64,000 nucleotides of DNA from an uncultured Dehalococcoidia bacterium. Lineage in GTDB: Bacteria; Chloroflexota; Dehalococcoidia; Lucifugimonadales; UBA1127. The stretch's first letter is position 1. Each line of letters starts with the position of its first letter. The stretch is taken from NCBI GenBank assembly GCA_964612825.1, contig CAZTCW010000032.1:7272-71271 (forward strand). Reading direction: 5' to 3'. The position numbers and the translations under genes are program-made. This document shows, one piece after another, positions 46,337 through 55,520 of this stretch. The notes below the pieces were generated by a model, which saw only the letters and a list, made by a program, of their open reading frames with translations, did not search any database and had not been told where the DNA came from.

Positions 46337-46879
46337 GTGACCATTTCCTCTGAGAAGACAATTCTTACCTCAGAAGACATTCGCCGTTCCCTCCTAAGGA
46401 TTGCTCATGAGATTCTGGAGGCAGCCGGTGAAAACCTTATCCTAATAGGGATCAAGACTCGAGGCGTACCATTGGCATATAGAATCGCGGACAATATCCG
46501 AGACATTTCCGGGAAGAATATAACTGTAAAATCGTTAGATATCTCCGCCTACAGAGACGACGCTTCTACCAGGCGAATAACTGAGGAAGGAAAGAGAAAT
46601 CAAGAGATGTCCGTCCAAGGTCGGACCGTGGTTCTTGTGGACGATGTACTGTACACAGGACGTTCCATCCGGGCTGCTATGGATGCCGTCATGGATCAAG
46701 GCAGGCCTAATAAAATTCAAATTGCCGTTCTAATTGACCGTGGCCACAGGGAACTCCCGATTAGAGCAGATTATGTAGGAAAAAATTTGCCTACCTCCCT
46801 TTCAGAAACAGTTAAAGTCCAATTGTCGGAAACCGACATGGTCGACCGGGTGAGGATGCAAAGTATTTACACTTCATAG
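46337..46879 (+). CDS. pyrR: Bifunctional pyrimidine operon regulator/uracil phosphoribosyltransferase
   Basis: PyrR sequence ([12 protein letters not shown], the PRPP motif [17 protein letters not shown]). GTG start overlaps the stop of a 14-codon upstream ORF (GTGA). Confidence 0.9.
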   Translation: MTISSEKTILTSEDIRRSLLRIAHEILEAAGENLILIGIKTRGVPLAYRIADNIRDISGKNITVKSLDISAYRDDASTRRITEEGKRNQEMSVQGRTVVLVDDVLYTGRSIRAAMDAVMDQGRPNKIQIAVLIDRGHRELPIRADYVGKNLPTSLSETVKVQLSETDMVDRVRMQSIYTS

Positions 46880-46929
46880 GAAGAATGAAGCACCGCACGC
46901 TTTTTAATGTCCACTACAAATAATTTAGG

Positions 46930-48210
46930 GTGAACGAAAAGAAAATGAGTCTGAATGGCAAAAGTATCATCTCAATCGACGACCTCTCCAACGTGGAAAT
47001 AGAAGAGATCTTTCAGGTTGCTTCAGAATTTGATGAACAAATTACCGGGAACGTGATTGACCCAATTCTAAAAGGACAAAAACTATTTACGCTCTTCTAT
47101 GAAGCCAGTTCTAGAACCTACTTTAGCTTTCGAGAGGCGATGAGAAAGCTGGGTGGAGATTGGGATGGGGTTCTAGGAGCTGAATCAGTCACTTCCGTTG
47201 CTAAAGGTGAAAGCATCGCAGACACCATCAGAACCATCGAGCTTGTCAGTGATGTAATTGTTATCCGGCACCCTTTAGATGGATCTGCCCGAGTAGCACA
47301 GGAATATTCCTCAAAGCCGATAATAAATGGGGGAGATGGAGCTAGAGAACACCCAACTCAGACCCTAGTCGACCTTTACACAATCCTGAAAGAAAAGGGA
47401 CATATTAAAGGGCAGGTGATCGGCCTTTGCGGCGATTTACTGCATTCCCGCACAATCCACTCCCTTGCTTATGCCCTTGCTCGCCTGGGGGCAAAAATAC
47501 GTACTATTGCGTTACCGAGTTTAGGCTTCCCGCAACATGTCCGGGGTAAACTCCAATCGATGAAGGCTGACCTTCAGGAATATTCCGCTCCAACCGAAGT
47601 TTTTAAAGACAGCGGCTCACTACTTCTTCAATCAGGAAATCCTAATCCTCCAAACAATTCAAATCGGATTGAGGTCCAAACCCGCTACGAAACTACCAAT
47701 GATTTTTTCCGGGGGTTGTCAGCTCTCTATATGACGCGTTTGCAAACAGAGCGGTTCGATGACCAACTAGAATCCTCCCAACTTGAGTTAGAAACTATTA
47801 CTTCAAAACTGCTCTCGATAGCACCCCAAGAAACAATCATCATGCATCCCTTGCCCAGGAGACAGGAAATTGCTTACGAAGTAGACGACGATCATCGAGC
47901 AGCATACTTTCGACAAATGAAAAATTCCATACCTGTCCGAATGGCTATCCTTTCCCTAATTTTGGGAGTAAAAGAATCCAAATCATCAAATGATTCGGCC
48001 GAAATTCGAATTCGAGTAGATCCTATCAACACCGACCGTTGCAGCAATCCTAGATGCGTGCTCAACCACGAAACCTATCTCAATCCGAAAGCATTTCACC
48101 GACAGAATCAACCTGAAGAAATCCGCTGCCTATATTGCGACCAAAAAATGAACTTTAAAGGCCCACAGCTTGATCATTCTTTGTCTTCCCCGAAAGACAA
48201 AGCACTATGA
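46930..48210 (+). CDS. pyrB: Aspartate carbamoyltransferase catalytic chain fused to a PyrI-type Zn-binding domain
   Basis: ATCase motifs (ASSRTYFSF = S-T-R-T-like, HPTQ, HPLPR). The C-terminal ~80 aa carry CSNPRC-x23-CLYC, the C-x4-C-x23-C-x2-C spacing of the PyrI zinc domain. Start either GTG 46930 or ATG 46945. Confidence 0.88.
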   Translation: MNEKKMSLNGKSIISIDDLSNVEIEEIFQVASEFDEQITGNVIDPILKGQKLFTLFYEASSRTYFSFREAMRKLGGDWDGVLGAESVTSVAKGESIADTIRTIELVSDVIVIRHPLDGSARVAQEYSSKPIINGGDGAREHPTQTLVDLYTILKEKGHIKGQVIGLCGDLLHSRTIHSLAYALARLGAKIRTIALPSLGFPQHVRGKLQSMKADLQEYSAPTEVFKDSGSLLLQSGNPNPPNNSNRIEVQTRYETTNDFFRGLSALYMTRLQTERFDDQLESSQLELETITSKLLSIAPQETIIMHPLPRRQEIAYEVDDDHRAAYFRQMKNSIPVRMAILSLILGVKESKSSNDSAEIRIRVDPINTDRCSNPRCVLNHETYLNPKAFHRQNQPEEIRCLYCDQKMNFKGPQLDHSLSSPKDKAL

Positions 48211-48223
48211 AAAAGGAGAGTAA

Positions 48224-49585
48224 TTGAACGGCGAAGACAACTACCTTCTAGTTAAGAACGGTCACATAATTGATCCTGCAAATAAGTTCGATCATCCCGG
48301 AGATATCTTAATCCATAAAAACAAAATCATCTGGATTGCTCCGATAAATCATAGAAATGCGATCCCGAAACGAATTTCAGTTTTTGACGCTCAGGGATTC
48401 ATTGTGTGCCCTGGATTCATCGACCTTCACTGCCATTTAAGAGACCCCGGATTTGAAGAAAAAGAAACTCTACAAAGCGGATCTCTGGCAGCTGCCAGAG
48501 GTGGATTTACTACTATTTGCGCTATGCCTAATACCTACCCCCCGTTAGACACTCCCGAATTGATTGAATATGTCCTCCGCAAAAGCACGGAATTGAACCT
48601 TATCAGGGTGCTCCCGATTGGATGCGTAACAAAGCAACGCTCTGGCAAAGAACTAGTCGACATGGATGCCCTGGCAGAAGCCGGGGTGATCGGATTTAGT
48701 GATGACGGCGACCCGGTATCAGACCCTGAATTAATGCGAAATGCATTAGAAAATTCAAAAGAATTGGAACTGCCAATTATTCAACATTGTCAAGATATAC
48801 CGTTATCCCAAGGCGCCGTTCTCCATAAAGGCTGGGTAGCAGAGCGATTAGGCTTAATCGGAATGCCCTCAGAAGCTGAAGAGAAAATGGCTGCTAGGGA
48901 TATCCACTTAGCCTCTCAAACCGGGGGAGTTTTACATTTAGCGCACATAAGTACCGAAGGAACTCTCCGACTTACAAAAGAAGCGAAATCATTGGGTATC
49001 AAGGTGACCGCTGAGGTGACACCTCATCACTTATCCCTAACAGAAGAATGGGCACTAACGAAAATCGAGAATTCACTTTATGACACTCGAGCTAAGGTGA
49101 ACCCACCACTTAGAACCCCGAAAGATGTCTCTGCTCTTATTGCAGGGCTTAGAGAGGGAACTATAGATGCTATAGCCACAGACCACGCACCCCATCGGGC
49201 CGAAGATAAAAATTGCACCATGGAAGAGGCTGCATTTGGAATCAGCGGATTAGAAACTACCCTTGGGTTATTGATGCGAATCGTTAAGAGGGGCGAATTG
49301 GATCTCCCCACCCTTATCGAACGCCTCACCACTGGGCCAGCGAAGGTACTACCCGAATCATGGAAAAAGCTAGGAAGCCTAGCGCAAGGAAATGTGGCTG
49401 ATATTGCCATCATCGATCCGAATTATGAATGGGTCGTCCGTCCAGAAGATATGTTAACTAAAGGAAAAAATACCCCATTAGTCGGATCTACGTTGGTAGG
49501 AAAAGTTCAAGCTACCATCAGTAATGGAAATATTGTTTATCAGGATAATGCTTCATACAACCGTTTGGCGCTAGAGGAGAACTGA
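48224..49585 (+). CDS. pyrC: Dihydroorotase
   Basis: Amidohydrolase motifs (DLHCHLRDPG, TDHAPH). TTG start preceded by AAGGAGAG. Confidence 0.9.
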   Translation: MNGEDNYLLVKNGHIIDPANKFDHPGDILIHKNKIIWIAPINHRNAIPKRISVFDAQGFIVCPGFIDLHCHLRDPGFEEKETLQSGSLAAARGGFTTICAMPNTYPPLDTPELIEYVLRKSTELNLIRVLPIGCVTKQRSGKELVDMDALAEAGVIGFSDDGDPVSDPELMRNALENSKELELPIIQHCQDIPLSQGAVLHKGWVAERLGLIGMPSEAEEKMAARDIHLASQTGGVLHLAHISTEGTLRLTKEAKSLGIKVTAEVTPHHLSLTEEWALTKIENSLYDTRAKVNPPLRTPKDVSALIAGLREGTIDAIATDHAPHRAEDKNCTMEEAAFGISGLETTLGLLMRIVKRGELDLPTLIERLTTGPAKVLPESWKKLGSLAQGNVADIAIIDPNYEWVVRPEDMLTKGKNTPLVGSTLVGKVQATISNGNIVYQDNASYNRLALEEN

Positions 49586-49587
49586 AG

Positions 49588-50703
49588 ATGAGCGAATATG
49601 GTGCCCTTGTCCTAAAAGACGGCTCCGTTTTCTGGGGAACCCCATTTGGTGCGAACACATCGACTTACGGGGAGGTGGTCTTTACGACGAGCATGACAGG
49701 CTATCAGGAAATGCTTACAGACCCATCGTTTGCAGGACAAATTGTTATCCCAACTTATCCATTGATTGGCAATTATGGGATAAACGTAGACAGTGGGGAA
49801 TCTAAACAAATTCAGGTGTCCGGTTTTGTTGTCAGGAGTTGGTGTGACTTACCTAGCCACGGATTAAGCACCATGAATCTGGGTGAATACCTAAGCAATG
49901 AGTCAATTCCAGGATTAAGCCAGGTGGACACCAGAGCGATAACACGGAAACTCCGGACACACGGGGTAATGCCAGGAGCACTGGCTATCAATATTTCGCC
50001 AGATACTGCTCTCCAAAAATTACGGGATCAATCACCCTATGAAAACACGGATTTTGTTGAGACGATAAGTACAAAATCTCTTTACCAGTGGCTCCAAAAA
50101 AACCGGGCCGGACCAAACGAGGAAAGTTCCCGAGAACTTCGGGGCCGGATTGCTGTTACGGATTACGGGGTTAAATACAATATCCTGAGAATTTTACAAA
50201 GAATGGGGTTCGAAGTGGTAGTAATCCCAGCTTCGATGTCAGCTGAGGAAATTTTAGGCTTGAATCCGAATGGGTTGGTTTTGTCACCAGGACCCGGAGA
50301 CCCTATGAAGTTAGGGTATTTGGTTGAAACCGTCCAAGGATTAATCGGAAAGGTCCCAATCCTAGGAATCTGCCTAGGACACCAGATGATCGCTCAAGCG
50401 TTTGGTGGGAAAACGTTCAAATTAAAATTCGGTCATCGGGGAGCAAACCATCCAGTCAAGGATATTAAATCCGGTCGAGTTTATATCACTGCCCAAAATC
50501 ATGGGTATTCCGTAGACCCAGATTCCTTGCCTAATGGGTTAATTGTGAGCCAGACGAACATAAATGATGGAACGGTTGAGGGCCTTAGCCACACATCGTT
50601 ACCCATTATCACCATCCAATACCATTCTGAAGCTGCGCCGGGACCCAGAGACAATGAATATATTTTCTCCCAATTTATTGAGATGGTGGAATCTGCTGGT
50701 TAA
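49588..50703 (+). CDS. carA: Carbamoyl-phosphate synthase small subunit
   Basis: CPSase small-chain N-domain plus a GATase domain (GICLGHQ, HPE-like QYHSEA). Confidence 0.95.
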   Translation: MSEYGALVLKDGSVFWGTPFGANTSTYGEVVFTTSMTGYQEMLTDPSFAGQIVIPTYPLIGNYGINVDSGESKQIQVSGFVVRSWCDLPSHGLSTMNLGEYLSNESIPGLSQVDTRAITRKLRTHGVMPGALAINISPDTALQKLRDQSPYENTDFVETISTKSLYQWLQKNRAGPNEESSRELRGRIAVTDYGVKYNILRILQRMGFEVVVIPASMSAEEILGLNPNGLVLSPGPGDPMKLGYLVETVQGLIGKVPILGICLGHQMIAQAFGGKTFKLKFGHRGANHPVKDIKSGRVYITAQNHGYSVDPDSLPNGLIVSQTNINDGTVEGLSHTSLPIITIQYHSEAAPGPRDNEYIFSQFIEMVESAG

Positions 50704-50717
50704 CCGGAGATGAAAAC

Positions 50718-51368
50718 GTGATTAAACTATTTTTTGACATCGAAACCATACCAGAGAGCGAATCATTACGATCAGAAATTGAAACAACCATTACCCCTCC
50801 AAAGAATTTTGTAAACCCAGAAAGGATTCACAAATGGACGATTGAAGAGAGACCCGGGGAAATTGAGACCCGTTTCCGCAAAACCTCTCTTAGAGCTCAC
50901 ACCGGAAAAATCCTCTGTATCGGATACATTAAAGAGGGGGGGCCTGAAAAGTATGAGGGTGTCCTCACTGGATCCGAAAGGGAAATCCTTGAAGAATTTT
51001 GGGAATTAACAAAGGATGTCGAACAATTTATTGGTTTTAATGTGATCGAATTCGATCTCAAATACGTATGGCAACGTTCCGTGATATTAAATATACCCCC
51101 AACCAAAGATTTATTAAGCAACAACAACCCAACACATTCGGTATTCGATGTTATGCAAGAATGGGATATGTGGAGTGCAAGAGATCACATTTCTTTAGAT
51201 ACATTATCCAAGACGCTAGGTGTAACATCCCCAAAATCGGGAGGGTTAAATGGCGCGCTAGTCTACGACTATTTTATCGCCGGTCGTTGTCAAGAAATTT
51301 TCGACTATTGCCTACGAGATGTGGTCGCAACTAGGGAAATTTATTTAAGGATGACGTTTCAATCATAA
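50718..51368 (+). CDS. DEDD-type 3'-5' exonuclease (RNase H-like; PolB-exonuclease-related)
   Basis: Exo I FFDIET, Exo II GFNVIEFDL and Exo III YCLRDVVAT motifs. 216 aa. GTG start with GGAGA upstream. Confidence 0.72.
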   Translation: MIKLFFDIETIPESESLRSEIETTITPPKNFVNPERIHKWTIEERPGEIETRFRKTSLRAHTGKILCIGYIKEGGPEKYEGVLTGSEREILEEFWELTKDVEQFIGFNVIEFDLKYVWQRSVILNIPPTKDLLSNNNPTHSVFDVMQEWDMWSARDHISLDTLSKTLGVTSPKSGGLNGALVYDYFIAGRCQEIFDYCLRDVVATREIYLRMTFQS

Positions 51369-51408
51369 ATTAATGGTCGATACTACAAAACAAATCCCGG
51401 AGGTTTTA

Positions 51409-54400
51409 ATGGGAAAAACGATAGGTAAAGTTCTTGTAATTGGGAGTGGGCCAATAATCATCGGACAAGCCGCCGAATTTGATTATGCTGGAACTCAAGC
51501 GTGCAAAGCACTCAGAGAAGAAGGGATTTCGACCATTTTAGTTAATTCGAACCCAGCGACTATTATGACCGACGACGAGATAGCAGACGCCGTATATATC
51601 GAACCGTTAACTGCCGAGGTACTAGAACGGATTATTGCCAAGGAACAGCCAGACGGAGTCCTTCCCACTCTAGGGGGGCAGACTGGGTTAAATTTGGCCG
51701 TTGAACTGAATGAAAAGGGAATTTTAGAAAAGTATAACGTTGAATTACTGGGCACTCCCCTTTCCGCGATAAAACAAGCGGAAGACCGGGAACTATTCCG
51801 TCAGCTTTTGCACCAAATAAATGAACCTGAACCGCCAAATGCGACAGTATCAGAATTATCTGAAGCGGACGACTTGGCAAAAGAAATTGGATTCCCCTTG
51901 GTAGTTAGGCCTGCATATACCTTAGGAGGAACCGGAGGCGGGGTCGTTCGGAAACCCAGCGAACTCCTCCCCTCAGTGGAAAGTGGGTTGGCAGCGAGTC
52001 CCATCCATCAGGTTCTGCTAGAAAGATACCTTGAAGGATGGAAAGAGATTGAAGTGGAGGTTATTCGAGATAGCTCTGATACCTGCATAATGATTTGTAA
52101 TATGGAGAATTTCGATTCCATGGGGGTTCATACCGGAGATAGTATCGTCGTAGCCCCATCTCAGACGTTATCAGACAAAGAATACCAAGTGCTACGAAGC
52201 GCAAGTCTTAAAATAATCCGAGCTTTAGGAATAGAGGGAGGGTGTAACGTCCAATTTGCCTTGGCCCCTCACCCTACAATCTCAGAGACACTACCTGAAA
52301 CACTCAAACCAGAAAGCAATCTTCAATACTATGTTATCGAGGTTAATCCACGTGTAAGCCGATCTTCAGCTTTGGCTTCAAAGGCAACAGGATATCCGAT
52401 AGCACGGGTTGCAGCAAAAATTGCCATCGGGAAACGTCTAGACGAAATTCCAAATGCAGTAACCCAAGAAACCATGGCGTCTTTTGAACCCGCCCTAGAT
52501 TATTGCGTGGTAAAAATCCCACGTTGGCCTTTCGATAAGTTTCCAACAGGGGATAGAACCACTGGAACGCAAATGAAAGCCACCGGAGAAGTAATGGCTA
52601 TCGACCGCACGTACGAAGCTGCCTTTCAAAAAGCCGTACGCTCCCTAGAGGTCGGAGGTGTTTCACTGTTATGGGAAAACCCCGATTGGATTAAATCGGA
52701 AGAGAACATTACCGCTTCACTTTTTCCTCCGACAGATTCACGAATTTGGGGAATTATGTCAGCCTTACGGAATGGAAGCACCATAGAAAATATAAGCAAA
52801 GTTTCGCTTGTCGACCCATGGTTCATCAATGCTATGGACCGAATTGTCAAAATGGAAAAAGAACTAATTTCGGCAAAAGAAATCACCCCAACTTTATTAT
52901 GGAATGCCAAACGATTGGGATTTTCCGACAACTACCTATCTTCACTCGGATTAGGGGATGGGATTCCTGAAAATGTACGACAGCTCCGAAAAAATCTTGG
53001 GATCCGGCCCGTATACAAAATGGTGGACACCTGCGCAGCAGAATTTGAAGCAGCAACCCCATATTATTACAGTACTTATGAACAAGAAAATGAAGCCTAT
53101 CCTCTTTCAGGCCCGAAAGCCATGGTGTTAGGAAGCGGGCCCATTCGCATTGGGCAAGGAATCGAATTTGACTACTGCTCTGTCCACGCCGCGTGGGCAT
53201 TACAGAAAGAAAACATTAAAAGCGTGCTGATCAATTCTAATCCAGAAACGGTTTCCACTGATTTTGACACTACTGATAGATTGTACTTTGAACCTTTGGA
53301 TGAGGAATCTGTAAGAGATATTATAGAAAATGAAACCACCTATGATAATGAAAGTCTGAACCCGTCTATCCCCTCCACAGTCGTACAATTTGGTGGACAG
53401 ACGGCCATTAACCTCTCCCAGATCCTTGAAGAGGCTGCATTACCTATCCTCGGATCTTCCGCTCAAGCAATAGATATTGCTTCAGATAGAGGAAGATTTG
53501 AAAAGTTAATGAGCTCTCTCGGAATTCCCCAACCTCCCGGAACCACGGTTACCAACGTGCCTGATGCCTTGGAAGTTGCACAACGAATTGGATATCCCGT
53601 CTTAGTACGACCTAGCTATGTGCTAGGAGGAAGGGCAATGGAAATCGTCCAAGAACCGTCGGAATTAGCTGAATACATCAACCGAGGGCTCCAGGCAAGT
53701 CCTGGTCACCCAATACTTGTCGACAAATATCTTGAAGGGAAAGAATGCGAAGTCGATGCCATTTGTGACGGAGAAACGGTTCTCATTCCTGGAGTAATGG
53801 AGCATGTCGAGAGAGCAGGAGTTCATAGCGGTGATTCCCTTGCTATTTACCCAGGATTAAATCTTACGACTGATGAAGTAGAAACATTAGTTGCTCATAC
53901 CACCAAAATCGCAATAGGCCTCGGAATTAAAGGATTACTTAATGTCCAATTTGTAATTATGGGCGGATCCACTTACCGAAGCCCTGAAACTTCAAATCAA
54001 TCCACGTCTTCCGTGGTGTACGTACTAGAGGTAAACCCTCGGGCAAGCAGAACCGTCCCATTTTTGTCCAAAGTAACTAACGTACCAATGGTTCGTTTAG
54101 CCACCCAAGTTATGTTAGGAAAAACATTGAGCGAGCTTGGGTACACCAATGGGCTGTATCCGCGTCAACATGTTGTCGCCATCAAGGCTCCCGTTTTTTC
54201 AATGTCGAAATTAACTGGAGTAGATTCTTATTTGGGTCCTGAGATGAAATCAACAGGGGAAGTAATGGGGATTGACCACAATTATCAATCAGCTTTATCT
54301 AAAGCATTAATTAGCGCCGGAATGGTTCTCCCCAAATCAGGAAAAGTACTCCTAAGCATCGCCAGTCGAGATAAAGAGAAGGCGATCCCTCTAATTAAAC

Positions 54401-54735
54401 GGCTAAATGAATTGGAATATTCACTAATTGCCACTGAAGGAACAGCCGAGTTTATCCAAAATTCAGGGATTAGCAATTGCGAAGTCGTTTCAAAACTAGG
54501 ACAAGGGAATCCAAACGTAGTGGATCTTCTTCAATCCCGATCTGTGGGAGCTGTAATTAACACTATGACTAACAGTGCTGGGATCATGAAAGATGGGTTC
54601 CAAATCCGAAGAGCAGCTGTTGAGCAACGGATTCCGTGTTTCACATCTATAGATACCGCTCGAGCAGCCTTAGAGGCGGTTCAAAATGTAGATATTGATT
54701 ACAAAATTCTGAGGAGATCCGAATACCTTATTTGA
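51409..54735 (+). CDS. carB: Carbamoyl-phosphate synthase large subunit
   Basis: Duplicated ATP-grasp halves (VLVIGSGPIIIGQAAEFDYAGTQA / MVLGSGPIRIGQGIEFDYC) and an MGS-like C-terminal domain. ATG at 51409 is preceded by GGAGG; the ORF-track start is 51373. Confidence 0.95.
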   Translation: MGKTIGKVLVIGSGPIIIGQAAEFDYAGTQACKALREEGISTILVNSNPATIMTDDEIADAVYIEPLTAEVLERIIAKEQPDGVLPTLGGQTGLNLAVELNEKGILEKYNVELLGTPLSAIKQAEDRELFRQLLHQINEPEPPNATVSELSEADDLAKEIGFPLVVRPAYTLGGTGGGVVRKPSELLPSVESGLAASPIHQVLLERYLEGWKEIEVEVIRDSSDTCIMICNMENFDSMGVHTGDSIVVAPSQTLSDKEYQVLRSASLKIIRALGIEGGCNVQFALAPHPTISETLPETLKPESNLQYYVIEVNPRVSRSSALASKATGYPIARVAAKIAIGKRLDEIPNAVTQETMASFEPALDYCVVKIPRWPFDKFPTGDRTTGTQMKATGEVMAIDRTYEAAFQKAVRSLEVGGVSLLWENPDWIKSEENITASLFPPTDSRIWGIMSALRNGSTIENISKVSLVDPWFINAMDRIVKMEKELISAKEITPTLLWNAKRLGFSDNYLSSLGLGDGIPENVRQLRKNLGIRPVYKMVDTCAAEFEAATPYYYSTYEQENEAYPLSGPKAMVLGSGPIRIGQGIEFDYCSVHAAWALQKENIKSVLINSNPETVSTDFDTTDRLYFEPLDEESVRDIIENETTYDNESLNPSIPSTVVQFGGQTAINLSQILEEAALPILGSSAQAIDIASDRGRFEKLMSSLGIPQPPGTTVTNVPDALEVAQRIGYPVLVRPSYVLGGRAMEIVQEPSELAEYINRGLQASPGHPILVDKYLEGKECEVDAICDGETVLIPGVMEHVERAGVHSGDSLAIYPGLNLTTDEVETLVAHTTKIAIGLGIKGLLNVQFVIMGGSTYRSPETSNQSTSSVVYVLEVNPRASRTVPFLSKVTNVPMVRLATQVMLGKTLSELGYTNGLYPRQHVVAIKAPVFSMSKLTGVDSYLGPEMKSTGEVMGIDHNYQSALSKALISAGMVLPKSGKVLLSIASRDKEKAIPLIKRLNELEYSLIATEGTAEFIQNSGISNCEVVSKLGQGNPNVVDLLQSRSVGAVINTMTNSAGIMKDGFQIRRAAVEQRIPCFTSIDTARAALEAVQNVDIDYKILRRSEYLI

Positions 54736-54937
54736 AAAGGACAAGGAACTTTCAAATTCTTGATTTGCTTTCTCTTTTAGTGGCATGAGCGGGAAAACTT
54801 AGGAGATGGAAATTGCTAAAATACAATTTCCATCCAAATTTGTCTAAATTCATATCACTTAGCGTCCAAATCATAAAAGAAGTCGTAGGGCAGAGCCTGC
54901 CTTCGTTCCCTCTACCTAACTTTCAACTTGGTTTTCG

Positions 54938-54967
54938 TTGACAAGTTTACGAACCTCTTCGTAAACT
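54938..54967 (+). promoter_or_regulatory. Candidate promoter TTGACA-18 nt-TAAACT
   Basis: Read from the sequence, about 30 nt upstream of the small ORF at 54996. Confidence 0.35.
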
Positions 54968-54995
54968 GCTAAATAGGAGATCTAATATCGAGGTA

Positions 54996-55169
54996 ATGAT
55001 GAAAAACAGTAACCTGGTATTTATCGGCGTAGTAATTTTTCTTTTGGGATTTTTGTTAGGTTCTCCTATTGTGGAATGGCTTATGAATGTAATAGCAAAC
55101 CTAACGATGGTACTTGGAATAATTATCGTTGGTATCGGGATTTACTCAGCTATTAGAGGCAAAAAATAG
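54996..55169 (+). CDS. Small two-TM membrane protein (57 aa), not in ORF track
   Basis: Translates to MMKNSNLVFIGVVIFLLGFLLGSPIVEWLMNVIANLTMVLGIIIVGIGIYSAIRGKK. GAGGT upstream. Its TAG stop overlaps the GTG start of the next ORF (TAGTG). Confidence 0.4.
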   Translation: MMKNSNLVFIGVVIFLLGFLLGSPIVEWLMNVIANLTMVLGIIIVGIGIYSAIRGKK

Positions 55170-55504
55170 TGGCTAATATCCCCGAATCGGAGCGAATACA
55201 ATCCCTCATTAAGACCGTAGTCCTCCATATAGAGACCGATGGAGATTATAGGGCTTCCGAAATAGTTGCCGACTTGAGGAATACCGCAGAAATCCTTTTC
55301 TTCCCACTTAAAGTAGTCGGTTATTGGGATGGGCCAACCGGGGATCACCTGTGCCCACCTGCTTCCATTGGGAACCAATGTCCGCATGTACCGTCAAAAA
55401 AAGGTGCAAACTATACGCCATATCTAAAAATGATCGAAGAGGACCTTAATGGGGTCTTGCACGTAGAATTCCCACATGCGGACGTTTCAGTTTATTTGGC
55501 TTGA
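55169..55504 (+). CDS. Hypothetical protein (111 aa)
   Basis: ORF with start/stop overlap to the preceding small ORF. No recognisable motif. The antisense ORF 55142..55387 is judged spurious. Confidence 0.45.
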   Translation: MANIPESERIQSLIKTVVLHIETDGDYRASEIVADLRNTAEILFFPLKVVGYWDGPTGDHLCPPASIGNQCPHVPSKKGANYTPYLKMIEEDLNGVLHVEFPHADVSVYLA

Positions 55505-55520
55505 GGAAGATAATTCCAAT

